Positions 1 to 9,362 of a stretch of DNA of 64,000 bases are shown here, piece after piece. Position 1 is the first letter of the stretch. Each line of letters begins with the position of its first letter. Position numbers and translations under genes: made by a program. The notes beneath the pieces were generated by a model. The model was not told the DNA's origin. It ran no database searches and saw nothing but the letters and a program-made list of their open reading frames with translations. The stretch comes from Gemmatales bacterium (GTDB taxonomy: Bacteria; Planctomycetota; Planctomycetia; Gemmatales; HRBIN36), in assembly GCA_041640595.1 (NCBI GenBank), contig JBEPZY010000001.1, positions 448,001 through 512,000 of the forward strand. Reading direction: 5' to 3'.

Positions 1-1359
1 CGTATCAGCGCTTGCGGTGTACTCGATTCGTGGCGGATCCTGCATGGGATTGGAGTTGGCCAGCTGTTTCCCCTGCGTGTCCTGCAGAACCAGATATACG
101 ACGGCAGGCGAACCGTACTCCCAACTTTGTGCTTCGATTTCGATACGCTGACCCTTTTTGGCAGCGAAGCGGTAATAGTCGCGGTCTCCAGCTTTTTCTA
201 ACCGACCGTGGACTGCCGTGGGAAAGGGCAACCGAGCGGCTTTTTCTGGTGTATCGTTTGGCTCCTGTTCAAGCAACTCGTCCATGTCGGAGAACCCAAC
301 CGGAACAGGCCAGCCAGGCGGCGAACCCGGACGTTGTGGTGTCACCAGCACCGCGATCGAGGAAAGTTGTTTCGGCACATCTGGCGAGGCAGGCAAAACG
401 CCATCTGTCAACGGTCCGGCAAAACTCACTTTGGCCTGGCTGCCTCGCCTGATCACGAACGGATACGCCGAGGTTACACAGGGAAAATCGCCGACCCGCA
501 GCCGATAGACGTAATTGCCACCGCCCTGGTAGCGGACATCTCGCAATTGCAGGATATATTCGCCGCTTTCCTTAGCGGTGTAGATGATTCGTGCATCACG
601 ACCCAGCCCGGGAGCGTCGTCGCAATAGGCTAGCTGGCGACCGTTAGCATCATGCAAGACCAGCACCGGATCAATTGGCGAGCCCATTCGCCTGCCCACT
701 ACTTCGAAACAAATGCGCTGTCCCGCTTGCAGCGCCAGCTGGTAGTAATGGCTGCTCTCGGCCTCCAATCGTCCGGAAACCACACACGGAACGGGAATTT
801 TCTGAGCCTGGGCAGGAGTGCGATGGTCGGTTGCCGCGCGAATTTCCGGCAACTCATCCACGCAAAACGGTACGGGATTCGACATCCCTCGTCGTGTGGT
901 CAGACGAAACAGGTGCACTCCGAGTGGCACTTCTTTGGGAATTTGCAAGCGTACCAGCGCCCGATTCGCGGGTTCCTTTTTGTCCGGAACGATGGTCGCC
1001 TGCACGGGAACCGTAGCGAGTAGCCCAAGTGCGTCGGCGAGTTCTCGCCCCTGCACTTCTACCTCGACGGTGGTGCCCCGTTGACCTCCGGGTGGGAACA
1101 GGTTTGCCACCGCTGGTGCTTGCGGCGATGGGCCAGGCAATGTTCCCGGCTTTTGCTGAGCAAGCGCGACCAGGCTTGCCAGCAGGACGACCGCTGACAG
1201 AACGGCAATTGCCCTTGGAGATAAACCAGACCACCAGAGCGTTGCAAAGCGCCTCAGCCCTGCAAGTAAACGAAGCATAAACAGACTCAGGCAGCGCGAA
1301 TGGCACGAAATGATCCGCGACTTGTCGGAATTTGCCAATCCCTGTTTGGTCTTGCACAT
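1..1359 (-). CDS. Exported PPC (pre-peptidase C-terminal)-domain protein of the planctomycete 'putative subtilase-type protease' family; runs off the left edge
   Basis: Not in the ORF track because there is no stop in the window. Manual translation from ATG 1359 (alternative 1278) gives a hydrophobic segment, then LFPPGGQRGTTVEVEVQG, GMSNPVPFCVDELPE, GRRMGSPIDPVLVLHDANGRQLAYCDDAPG, RDVRYQGGGNYVYRLRVGDFP. Confidence 0.8.
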   Translation of the reverse strand, partial: MCKTKQGLANSDKSRIISCHSRCLSLFMLRLLAGLRRFATLWWSGLSPRAIAVLSAVVLLASLVALAQQKPGTLPGPSPQAPAVANLFPPGGQRGTTVEVEVQGRELADALGLLATVPVQATIVPDKKEPANRALVRLQIPKEVPLGVHLFRLTTRRGMSNPVPFCVDELPEIRAATDHRTPAQAQKIPVPCVVSGRLEAESSHYYQLALQAGQRICFEVVGRRMGSPIDPVLVLHDANGRQLAYCDDAPGLGRDARIIYTAKESGEYILQLRDVRYQGGGNYVYRLRVGDFPCVTSAYPFVIRRGSQAKVSFAGPLTDGVLPASPDVPKQLSSIAVLVTPQRPGSPPGWPVPVGFSDMDELLEQEPNDTPEKAARLPFPTAVHGRLEKAGDRDYYRFAAKKGQRIEIEAQSWEYGSPAVVYLVLQDTQGKQLANSNPMQDPPRIEYTASADT

Positions 1360-1715
1360 GGTTAGCATGACGGCAACCCTTACTGAGGCAGGGCGGAAAT
1401 TCGGCGAGCTAGTCAGGATTCATCACTTGGTGGGAAATTCGCTACTACCTCTGGAGCTTCTTAGGTATGGAGACCAAAAGCGGCAAGGTGAAAACGAAAA
1501 CCTTGGAAAGGTCGCTGCTTCGTTTTTATCGTGGCGAGGTTCGCAATGTCAGGCGTAGCACCAGGGCAAATGGTGTCATGAGGAGTGTGAAGTACCTCGT
1601 GTGGATACTTGTCGCCGAGCCTGCAGGTTCATATTTTGCCGCTTAGAAACTGACCCGCCGCTGGATGACGCTGCCGGTAACGGCAGAGCTTCCCACCAAA
1701 AGAAGGAGTGTTGCG

Positions 1716-3179
1716 ATGACGCGTGTCCGACTGTGTGTGGTATGTGGTATCCTGGCGACCCTGCTGGCAGCGTGGCTATTGCTACGTCTGACCAGCGCCA
1801 CTCAGGCTCAGACTAAATCTGCCGGTAAACAGGTGAGTTTCCTGAACGACGTGGCCCCGATTTTGAAGGAAAATTGTTTCGCCTGCCATGATCCGAAAGT
1901 CCGCAAAGGTCGGCTGGACATGACGACTTTCGAAGGCCTGCTGGCAGGCGGTGACCGAGGCCCATCCGTTGTCGCTGGCAAACCCGAGGAAAGTCCACTG
2001 TATTTGCTCATCAGCGGCCAGAAAGAGCCGCACATGCCGCCCAGAGAAACTGGTGGCAGTCTGACGAAAGACCAGATCACCACCATCGAGCTCTGGATTC
2101 GACAGGGAGCCAAGTTCGATGGTCCATCGCCGAAAGCCAATTTGCTGGTCGAACTCCGCAAGCGCTGGAATCCACCAGTGCCGCCAACTCAATACCGCTT
2201 CCCGGCAGTTATCCGCGCTATGACGTTCACGCCCGATGGCAAGCAGTTGGTAGTCGGTGGCTATTTCGAACTGCTCGTCTGGGATGTGGAAAACGGGCAA
2301 CTGGTCAAGCGCATTCGCACGCGTGCCGAACGTGCTAACGCTATGGCGTTCTTGTCCGACGGTAAAACCCTTGCCGTTGCCGGAGGTCGGCCAGGCCAGG
2401 AAGGCGATGTTCGGATTTATAACTTCGCTGCCAGCCCGACGCGGCAGGACGCTGGGATTGCTTATTTGGATGGCGTTGATCCGAAAGCTGGGGTACTGCT
2501 GCGGGAGTTGGTGCAAACCGACGATGAAGTCCTCGCCTTGGCGGTGAGTAAAGACGGGAAACGTCTTGCCGCTGGTGGGTGTGACCGTTTGATCCGCGTC
2601 TGGGAAACTGAAAAGTGGTCACTCGAGCAGACCATCGAAAACCACGCCGATTGGGTGCTCGATTTATGCTTCTCCCCTGACGGCAAATATTTGCTATCCG
2701 CTAGCCGCGATAAGACCGCTAAAGTCTGGGATCTGTCAGCCAAGGAACCGGTCGCCACGTTCCCGGGCCATCAGGAGTACGTCACTGGCGTAACTGTGCA
2801 TCCGAATGGCAAAATGGGCATCAGTTGCGGTCGGGACAGGCAAATCCGGATGTGGAATCTGGCCAGCGACGCCAAGCAAATTCGCACCGCCGGGGGACAC
2901 AGCGACTTTGTCGAGAAGGTACGTTTTCATCCGACAAAACCCCTGATCGTTTCGTGCTCGCTGGACAAGACAGTGCGGTTGTGGAATCCGGATAACGGGG
3001 CGCAAATCCGCTCTCTCGAGGGTCATACCGACGCTGTTTTCGCCATTGCCATTAGCCCTGACGGCAACCGTATCGCCAGCGGTGCCTGGAACGGTGAGGT
3101 ACGCATCTGGAACGTGGATGACGGCAAGCTCGTCAAAAGCTTCATCGCCTCACCCATCGTGGCCACCGCTGGCAAATAG
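1716..3179 (+). CDS. Planctomycete cytochrome c domain (CxxCH) + WD40 repeat protein
   Basis: Signal-like N-terminus; VSFLNDVAPILKENCFACH; many GH...WD/WN repeats; AAGGAG upstream of ATG 1716 (track start 1665). Confidence 0.9.
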   Translation: MTRVRLCVVCGILATLLAAWLLLRLTSATQAQTKSAGKQVSFLNDVAPILKENCFACHDPKVRKGRLDMTTFEGLLAGGDRGPSVVAGKPEESPLYLLISGQKEPHMPPRETGGSLTKDQITTIELWIRQGAKFDGPSPKANLLVELRKRWNPPVPPTQYRFPAVIRAMTFTPDGKQLVVGGYFELLVWDVENGQLVKRIRTRAERANAMAFLSDGKTLAVAGGRPGQEGDVRIYNFAASPTRQDAGIAYLDGVDPKAGVLLRELVQTDDEVLALAVSKDGKRLAAGGCDRLIRVWETEKWSLEQTIENHADWVLDLCFSPDGKYLLSASRDKTAKVWDLSAKEPVATFPGHQEYVTGVTVHPNGKMGISCGRDRQIRMWNLASDAKQIRTAGGHSDFVEKVRFHPTKPLIVSCSLDKTVRLWNPDNGAQIRSLEGHTDAVFAIAISPDGNRIASGAWNGEVRIWNVDDGKLVKSFIASPIVATAGK

Positions 3180-3182
3180 CCT

Positions 3183-3566
3183 TTATTCGAGGCGGATTAC
3201 CAGCATGTTGGTTTGCTGCGGCAGGATTTGGCACTCTAGTCCAGAGCGGTCTGGATCGCAATACTTATCCGGCCAGCCGCGAGCGTCCGGACAAATTACG
3301 CTGATACGGTACCATCCCGGCGGAATTCCCTCGCGGCCTTCCCACTCGACAGAAAAGCGACCGTCGGGCTGAAGTTTCGCCACAGCCAGAACGTGCTGAC
3401 TATGCCGCTGTGGATCGCTGACGAAAGCCACCACCCCTGTTTGTAGCGGTTGACCGCGGTAGAGAACGGTACCGTGCACGGGAACCGTCTCGGCAGGGCG
3501 TGCACAGCCGCCTGTCGCTAGCAATACCGCCACTGCCAGACATTCCAACCAATTCCAGCGACGCAT
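3183..3566 (-). CDS. Small planctomycete lipoprotein (carboxypeptidase regulatory-like fold)
   Basis: Lipobox-like LATGGC; VPVHGTVLYRGQPL, DGRF, GIPPGWYRISV, PDKY..P..SGL motifs. Confidence 0.8.
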   Translation of the reverse strand: MRRWNWLECLAVAVLLATGGCARPAETVPVHGTVLYRGQPLQTGVVAFVSDPQRHSQHVLAVAKLQPDGRFSVEWEGREGIPPGWYRISVICPDARGWPDKYCDPDRSGLECQILPQQTNMLVIRLE

Positions 3567-3840
3567 GTTGGGGTAGCGAAATATCCAGGAATAGACAGCA
3601 AACCGCCAATTTGTTTCCGTGCTAAATGGCGCAGGCAGTTGCTGGGCGATTCGTTCTACGCAGACCGATTCGCCGATGGTCGCGCATCGGTGACTATCGG
3701 CACGACATGCTTCCGCAATTGAATTGGCTAAGTGGCGTCGAGGCTGGTTCCGTCGCAGCGAAGTTACTGAACTCGCATTTACGGCAGGGTTCGTGCCGAT
3801 ATAATCGCTGGCTCATTTATCCGCTGCAAAAAGGGCGGTT

Positions 3841-5817
3841 ATGGCCGGCTCGGTGATGGAATGCGGAACTGATTGGCGACCCTCATCCACGATCCCGCGA
3901 TCTCGATCGGGGACGCGCCATCGTTTTGCGAATGTCGCCACGGTAGTGGAACTGGCTTGCATCACGGTGTTAGCCGTATCTGGTTATCTGCTGGGAGCAG
4001 GGCAATACGATTTGTTGACCGACGACGAAATTCGCTACGCGGAAGCAGGTCGGCAGATGCTGCGCACCGGAGATTGGATAGTGCCTGTTTACAATGGCGA
4101 GCCACGTTACCAGAAACCGCTGCTGGTGTACTGGCTGCAGGCCATTAGTCAGGGGTTGTTTGGCAACCATGCCCTGGCCGCTCGGATACCTTCTGCGCTG
4201 GCAGCAGTGATAACGCTGCTGAGCACCTGGAGCATTGCCCGAACTGTCTGGGATGCCAGCACGGCACGGTGGACGGTGCTCGTGCTTGGTACCATGGTGG
4301 AGTTTGTATTGCTGGCGCGGATGGTGTTGATTGACATGCTGCTGGTGGCTTGCCTGCAGGCAAGCGTGGCGGCGATGCTATCGGCCTGGCACGCCAAATC
4401 CGTTCTGGCTCGCTCTTTTCGCTATCAGTGGGCTGGTCTGGCACTGGGATTGGCCGTTTGTGCCAAAGGGCCGCTCGCGGTGCTGTTGTTTGTCCTGTTT
4501 GCCCTGCCGCTAGTTATGGTCATGCGCGGGATGCGACGGCGAGGCGGCGATTCGTGTGGTGAGCCGCGTCAAAGTGCACGACTGGACGAACGCTCGCTTT
4601 TGTCAGGAAAGTGTGTGGTGAATTCTCCGATGGTGTCCGCGATAAGCGGGGATAATCCCGCCCGGTTCCCTCACCACGGCTGCTTCTGGGATCGGCGCGA
4701 GTTGCTGTTGTTGCTCCCGGCTGGACTGATTGCGTTGCTGGTGGGTCTGGGGAGTTACCTTCTTCCGCACTGGCGTACCGGTGGCGAATTCACCTGGCAG
4801 TTCCTCTTCGCTGAGAACTGGCAGCGTTTCACCAGCGTCATCAATGAACATCCGCAGCCGATCTGGTTTTACCTGGCCCTGGTGGTGCCGTTGTCGTTTC
4901 CCTGGACGGGTGCCATTCCTTTTGCACTGTGCCATGCCTGGCAGGGCGAGCGACATAACAGCTGCGAAGCGACCGGCGATGGGGCCGCCAAGTGCGGCTT
5001 AGGTGCAGCATGGAGTCGGGCTGCGCTGATACACATCGGACTGGTCTTCGCTTTTTTCACGTTCAGCCGGACGAAAGTGTGGACATATACGTTTCCGGCC
5101 ATGCCATCGCTGGCATTACTGATCGCCCGCTGGCTGGTTTGCCAGCTGCGTGTTCAGCCGCAACAATTACGCCGTTATTTGAACCTGGCATTGGGAGTCG
5201 GGGTGCTGGTATGTGCAAGTGCAGCCATCGTCGTTACTGCCTGGCCGGACAGACGATTACCGGAAGAGGTTCAGGACGAGGCTTTCCTGTTTGCCGTGCG
5301 CAGCTGGGCATGGTTCCTGGTGGGGATACTTTCGCTGTGCTGGTGGCTGAGTCGTGTTGCGTGTTCGGTACGGCTAGCGCTGGCCACTCTGGTGCTGGGA
5401 ACCGTTGCGTGGTACTCGGTCGCAGTCTATTACGTTCTTCCCACCGCGGACCGCATGTGGAACGAGCCGGTTCGTCTCGTGGCAGGATTGTGGCAACATT
5501 GTCCGGAGGCGGAGGTTTTCACGTACCATGTGCACGAATTGGGGCTGAATTTCCATGCTCGACGCGATCTGGTGCATCACTGGCGCAATGAAGCCCTGCC
5601 GGACCTGTACGAACGACTTCGCCATCCGCGACCAGCGATCGTTCTGGTAGATACCAAACTACTGCATCACCTGCGTGGTTTGCCAACGCACGTTTGGGAT
5701 AGAAACAGGCGTTTTGTGGTACTGGCAAACTTTGAAAGGCCCTCATTTCCGCAAATTCAAGCAGACCAGTTCGCGGTCATTGCGCACGAAGAGCCGACCG
5801 TTCGACACAGCCGGTAA
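3841..5817 (+). CDS. ArnT/PMT-like glycosyltransferase family 39 membrane protein
   Basis: DEIRYAEAGRQM..GDWIVP..NGEPRYQKPLLVYW, ARIPSAL, KGP, HPQPIWFYL, FPW, K..TY.FP motifs; multiple TM helices. Confidence 0.88.
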   Translation: MAGSVMECGTDWRPSSTIPRSRSGTRHRFANVATVVELACITVLAVSGYLLGAGQYDLLTDDEIRYAEAGRQMLRTGDWIVPVYNGEPRYQKPLLVYWLQAISQGLFGNHALAARIPSALAAVITLLSTWSIARTVWDASTARWTVLVLGTMVEFVLLARMVLIDMLLVACLQASVAAMLSAWHAKSVLARSFRYQWAGLALGLAVCAKGPLAVLLFVLFALPLVMVMRGMRRRGGDSCGEPRQSARLDERSLLSGKCVVNSPMVSAISGDNPARFPHHGCFWDRRELLLLLPAGLIALLVGLGSYLLPHWRTGGEFTWQFLFAENWQRFTSVINEHPQPIWFYLALVVPLSFPWTGAIPFALCHAWQGERHNSCEATGDGAAKCGLGAAWSRAALIHIGLVFAFFTFSRTKVWTYTFPAMPSLALLIARWLVCQLRVQPQQLRRYLNLALGVGVLVCASAAIVVTAWPDRRLPEEVQDEAFLFAVRSWAWFLVGILSLCWWLSRVACSVRLALATLVLGTVAWYSVAVYYVLPTADRMWNEPVRLVAGLWQHCPEAEVFTYHVHELGLNFHARRDLVHHWRNEALPDLYERLRHPRPAIVLVDTKLLHHLRGLPTHVWDRNRRFVVLANFERPSFPQIQADQFAVIAHEEPTVRHSR

Positions 5818-7320
5818 CGCCCAGGTACTATGCGAGTCGGGAAAGACACGGAATCGGCCACGAATGGCAAACCCGGTTTCGCCCGGCTCGACCAGCACCA
5901 GTTCTCCCTTTTCGGTGAACACAATCAGCCGACCATCAGTGTAGAGCAGGCAGCCTTTGTCTATTTCACGCCTGGTTTCCCAGATCAATTCGCCGGTGCG
6001 GAAATTGAGACAGGTAAGTCGCGCTGGTGAATATCCGTTGAAGCCATACAGTCGGTCGCCGACCAGCACCGAGGTGGCGATGTGATTCTGAAATTTCCTG
6101 GTCTGATAGACGGCATCTGCCTGCCATTTACCGTCGTTTCCCCGGCTAATTTCCAGAAGCACACTCCCGCGACCGTAGTCGGTGCTGACGAACACATAGT
6201 TACCGGCCACAATGGGCGTGGCGATATTGCAGTCGTAATCAGTTGTCCAGGGGTAACTCCAGAGTAACTCACCAGTTGTCAGTTCCAGGCCTGCGATCCG
6301 AGCAGCGGTCAGGACGACTACCTGGCGAATTTGCGGTGCGACAGGCATGTTAGCCAGCACCGGCGAACTGTAGGCGGGTTTGTCTTTCAGGGCTTTCCAC
6401 TTGAGTTCGCCAGTAATTCGGTCGAAAGCAAGGACGCAACCTTCGGCGTTACCGACGATGACGATCACCAGATTATCCACGACCAGTGGCGATCCGCTCA
6501 GTCCCCACCACGTCGAGGGCAGTTGCGGTGGAAATTCCTGGAACAAGTGTTTATGCCAGACCACCGGCAAGGCACCGTTTTTCGGTTCCGCTTCGCAACA
6601 AACCAGATCGCCATCCGCACCGAGAGCATAGATGTGCCGACCAGCGATTGCCGGGGTTCCCCGCGGCCCGTAGTCGCCGCCCCAGCGCGTGTCAATGTCG
6701 CGGTAGGCCACGGGCCAGCGATATTCGCCGAGCATTTTGCCGTCGGTCACATCGAAGCAGACGAGGCGTTCGTCCGGTTTGCGGTAGTCCATGACAAATA
6801 CCCGACCGCTGGCAACGACCGGCGAGGAGTAACCGCCACCGACGGGGGTACGCCAGAGGACAGGCAGACCGGTTTCCGGCCATTGGTCGAGTAAGCCGGT
6901 CTCACGCACAATACCATCGCGATGCGGGCCACGCCAGCCGGGCCAATCCAGACTTACGGGATTTCCTTCCACCGCGCTATCGGCTGGCCGGTGTGTCGCC
7001 TGGTCTGGTTGCGGTAGCGGCTGCTGGAGCAGGCGTTCGATGCGTTGTACATCGCGCTTTTCCGGTTGGCCAGGATTTTGGCCTATCTGGAAAAGCTCCT
7101 GCCAGCCTTCGGGATGAAGAACGATCAAGATGATAGCGAAGATTACCAGCGTATCCCCTAACCCCATCAGGACGACCCAACGCCAGCGCCTGGCCCGCAA
7201 CTGATGTGCTTCGGATTCGGGAACGTCGAGCCTCATGCTTTCCAACATGCGCATCAGACCCCAGACACTCAGCGACAATCCAACTACAATCAGCAGCACC
7301 TGTGTCCATAACATGGTCAT
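5743..7320 (-). CDS. PQQ-binding-like (BamB-like) beta-propeller protein with N-terminal TM helices
   Basis: DWPGWRGPHRDG, GGGYSSPVV, GPRGTP, YSSP, TWALPAVSNGRLFVRN. Confidence 0.88.
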   Translation of the reverse strand: MTMLWTQVLLIVVGLSLSVWGLMRMLESMRLDVPESEAHQLRARRWRWVVLMGLGDTLVIFAIILIVLHPEGWQELFQIGQNPGQPEKRDVQRIERLLQQPLPQPDQATHRPADSAVEGNPVSLDWPGWRGPHRDGIVRETGLLDQWPETGLPVLWRTPVGGGYSSPVVASGRVFVMDYRKPDERLVCFDVTDGKMLGEYRWPVAYRDIDTRWGGDYGPRGTPAIAGRHIYALGADGDLVCCEAEPKNGALPVVWHKHLFQEFPPQLPSTWWGLSGSPLVVDNLVIVIVGNAEGCVLAFDRITGELKWKALKDKPAYSSPVLANMPVAPQIRQVVVLTAARIAGLELTTGELLWSYPWTTDYDCNIATPIVAGNYVFVSTDYGRGSVLLEISRGNDGKWQADAVYQTRKFQNHIATSVLVGDRLYGFNGYSPARLTCLNFRTGELIWETRREIDKGCLLYTDGRLIVFTEKGELVLVEPGETGFAIRGRFRVFPDSHSTWALPAVSNGRLFVRNDRELVCLNLRK

Positions 7321-7542
7321 GGATGAGTCCCGGAGTTTTCCGCTTTGTTACAGGGTCAGTCGGTATTCCAGAGCAAGTTCAGTCCACGCACTTGTCGGCG
7401 CGAATAATCGGCGTGTTCGAGCCGGTGAGTTAGTCGGAGAATTTGGTTCACGGTAACCAGGTCGGGGTGGCGGAAGACCGCATCGCGTATTGTGGGCCTA
7501 CCCCTGCCGGTTGCTCGGCGTCGGACCGTATTCGGTTACGAT

Positions 7543-7628
7543 TGGCGCCGGGGGGACTCGAACCCCCACCCGCCTTGCGGCGGAGCGGATTTTAAGTCCG
7601 CTGTGTCTGCCACTTCCACCACGGCGCC
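7543..7628 (-). tRNA. tRNA-Leu (anticodon TAA)
   Basis: Reverse complement GGCGCCGTGGTGGAAGTGGCAGACACAGCGGAC-TTAAAA-TCCGC, long variable arm, GGGGGTTCGAGTCCCC, CGGCGCCA; 7-bp acceptor stem. Confidence 0.96.
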
Positions 7629-7665
7629 TCTGTGGACGCCAGTAATTGTACGGCGCCGGTGAGCT

Positions 7666-7770
7666 TGGCGAATAATCGGGAGAAACTTCCGCTGATGCCC
7701 TCCTGACCTCGCACGCAGCCAACACAGCGACGTTGCTGGCGAACAATCGGGACGAAATTCCTCTGATCCC
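7666..7770. repeat. Pair of ~34-bp imperfect direct repeats (period 71)
   Basis: tggcgaataatcgggagaaacttccgctgatgcc (7666) vs tggcgaacaatcgggacgaaattcctctgatccc (7737). Confidence 0.7.
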
Positions 7771-8041
7771 GCAACCAATTGGGAGGCCTTAACGTGATAG
7801 CCCGTCGAACTGCAGAGCGGCACAACCGGGAATCAGTGCTGAGATCACGAGAAACACAGCAAGATGATCGGCGGTGCGGCGCTTGCCCAGCGGCATGGAA
7901 TGTCAAAATGCACCGTACCATTACGCTGGGCTCACTCCCAGGGTTTCACTTGGCGGACGGGCCGGACAGTTCGCTGTCAGAATGCGTTGTAATACCCGGT
8001 TAGGGAGCTCGCGTGTTGCGTCTGTTTACCCACCGCCCGAC

Positions 8042-8905
8042 TCAGAGCGAAACAGCATGCCAGCCCGTCACTGACTTATGGACCGCCTGGGCGACTTGAG
8101 CCGGATGGCTGACGAAGGCCAGATGTCCCGCACCGGGGATGCGTACATGCTGAACTTGCGCAATTCGCTGTTCCATTTCTCGTAAGCCGGCGCCGGTCGG
8201 CAGAATATCCAGTTCGCCAGTGATCAACAGGGTCGGCGAGCGAATCGCCGGCAAGGATGGCCGTAAGTTGACCTCTGCAGCCAGACGGAACCGGTGAGCC
8301 ATGACACTCTGGTCGGTCGTCCAGCATTGCCGGGTTACGAATTCAAACAGCGCCGGATCATCGCAGCGCTTGCCGAAAAACAGGTTGAAAAACTGATTGA
8401 CGAAGGGGCTATCGGTAGGAAGCGGAAACTCGCGAAGCACAATGTCGGCAATGCGGCGTAACAGACTTGGGGCAAAGGTTACATCCACGCCTTGAGCGAT
8501 CACCGCGGAAAGACGGTGAGGAAACCTGGCCGCGAACCGCAAGGCGATAAGACCGCCGAAAGATACGCCCATGATCACCGGCCGTTCCAGGCACAGCAAA
8601 TCTACAAACTCGGCCAGGTCATCCACCAGGTCTTCCAGAGTAAATCTTCGCCTGAGAGCAAACGGGTCGTTCTCGCCACGCAGCTGGTAGGCTATGACCG
8701 AGAAGTCGCGGGCCAGGCGTGCGGCGAGCGGACTGACGAGTCCCACACCCCCTGCCAGACCTGGAATGAGCACAAGAGGTTGCCCGTCTCCCCAACATAA
8801 ATACTCGGCCGTGTAATCTCGAAGAACCGCAACGCCGGTTTCCGGAACAGAACACCTCGACCTTGGTAACGTCAGCAGATCCCAGCTAATGCTTGAAGCC
8901 AGCAC
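8042..8905 (-). CDS. Alpha/beta fold hydrolase
   Basis: GVSFGG nucleophile elbow, GELD, GAGH; GTG 8905 has AAGGAGG upstream (track start 8992). Confidence 0.88.
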   Translation of the reverse strand: MLASSISWDLLTLPRSRCSVPETGVAVLRDYTAEYLCWGDGQPLVLIPGLAGGVGLVSPLAARLARDFSVIAYQLRGENDPFALRRRFTLEDLVDDLAEFVDLLCLERPVIMGVSFGGLIALRFAARFPHRLSAVIAQGVDVTFAPSLLRRIADIVLREFPLPTDSPFVNQFFNLFFGKRCDDPALFEFVTRQCWTTDQSVMAHRFRLAAEVNLRPSLPAIRSPTLLITGELDILPTGAGLREMEQRIAQVQHVRIPGAGHLAFVSHPAQVAQAVHKSVTGWHAVSL

Positions 8906-9362
8906 AGTTGCACCTCCTTGCTGCCTCTTCCCCTGGCCAGACAGCATCGCGTTGCTGCCGGCTGGTGAAGCTCTTAGTAGTGCAGTTTCCATGCCCGACG
9001 GGCCGAAAATAACGCCCGAAAACGCGGATTTATCGCCTTTAGAGGCAAGGAGTCATCGCTGGCTGTCAAGCCACGTAGTTTTTGACCAATGATATAAAAA
9101 ATCTAGCTGTTGCCTGGGAACTTTCGAGCCGCTTTGAACTGAAGTTGCGCGACGTATCTGTGAACTACTACCGGCCAAACGCGGGTGACGAAGATATGGC
9201 GCCTTGTTACATCGGCGCCAGGTGCCGAATTTTCGACACCCAGGCAGCACCAGCCTGGCAAAATGAAAACGACCCTGGAAAATCGCGTATCCATATTAGC
9301 GGACGTGGAAGACGCACTCTAATCAGGCAGGTAAAAATGCGGAAAATAATCGGGGGCTTTAC

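Noticed and set aside
854..1357. Track ORF of 167 aa on the minus strand
   Set aside because: Wrong frame; the recognisable PPC-domain gene is in another minus frame running off the window edge.
5743..5817. 75-bp convergent overlap of the ArnT-like and PQQ genes as a regulatory feature
   Set aside because: Most simply a non-conserved C-terminal run-on; nothing else supports a function.
7543..7628. tRNA-Leu or tRNA-Thr as an integration site for an island or prophage
   Set aside because: No duplicated tRNA 3' end, integrase or phage genes were seen in the window.
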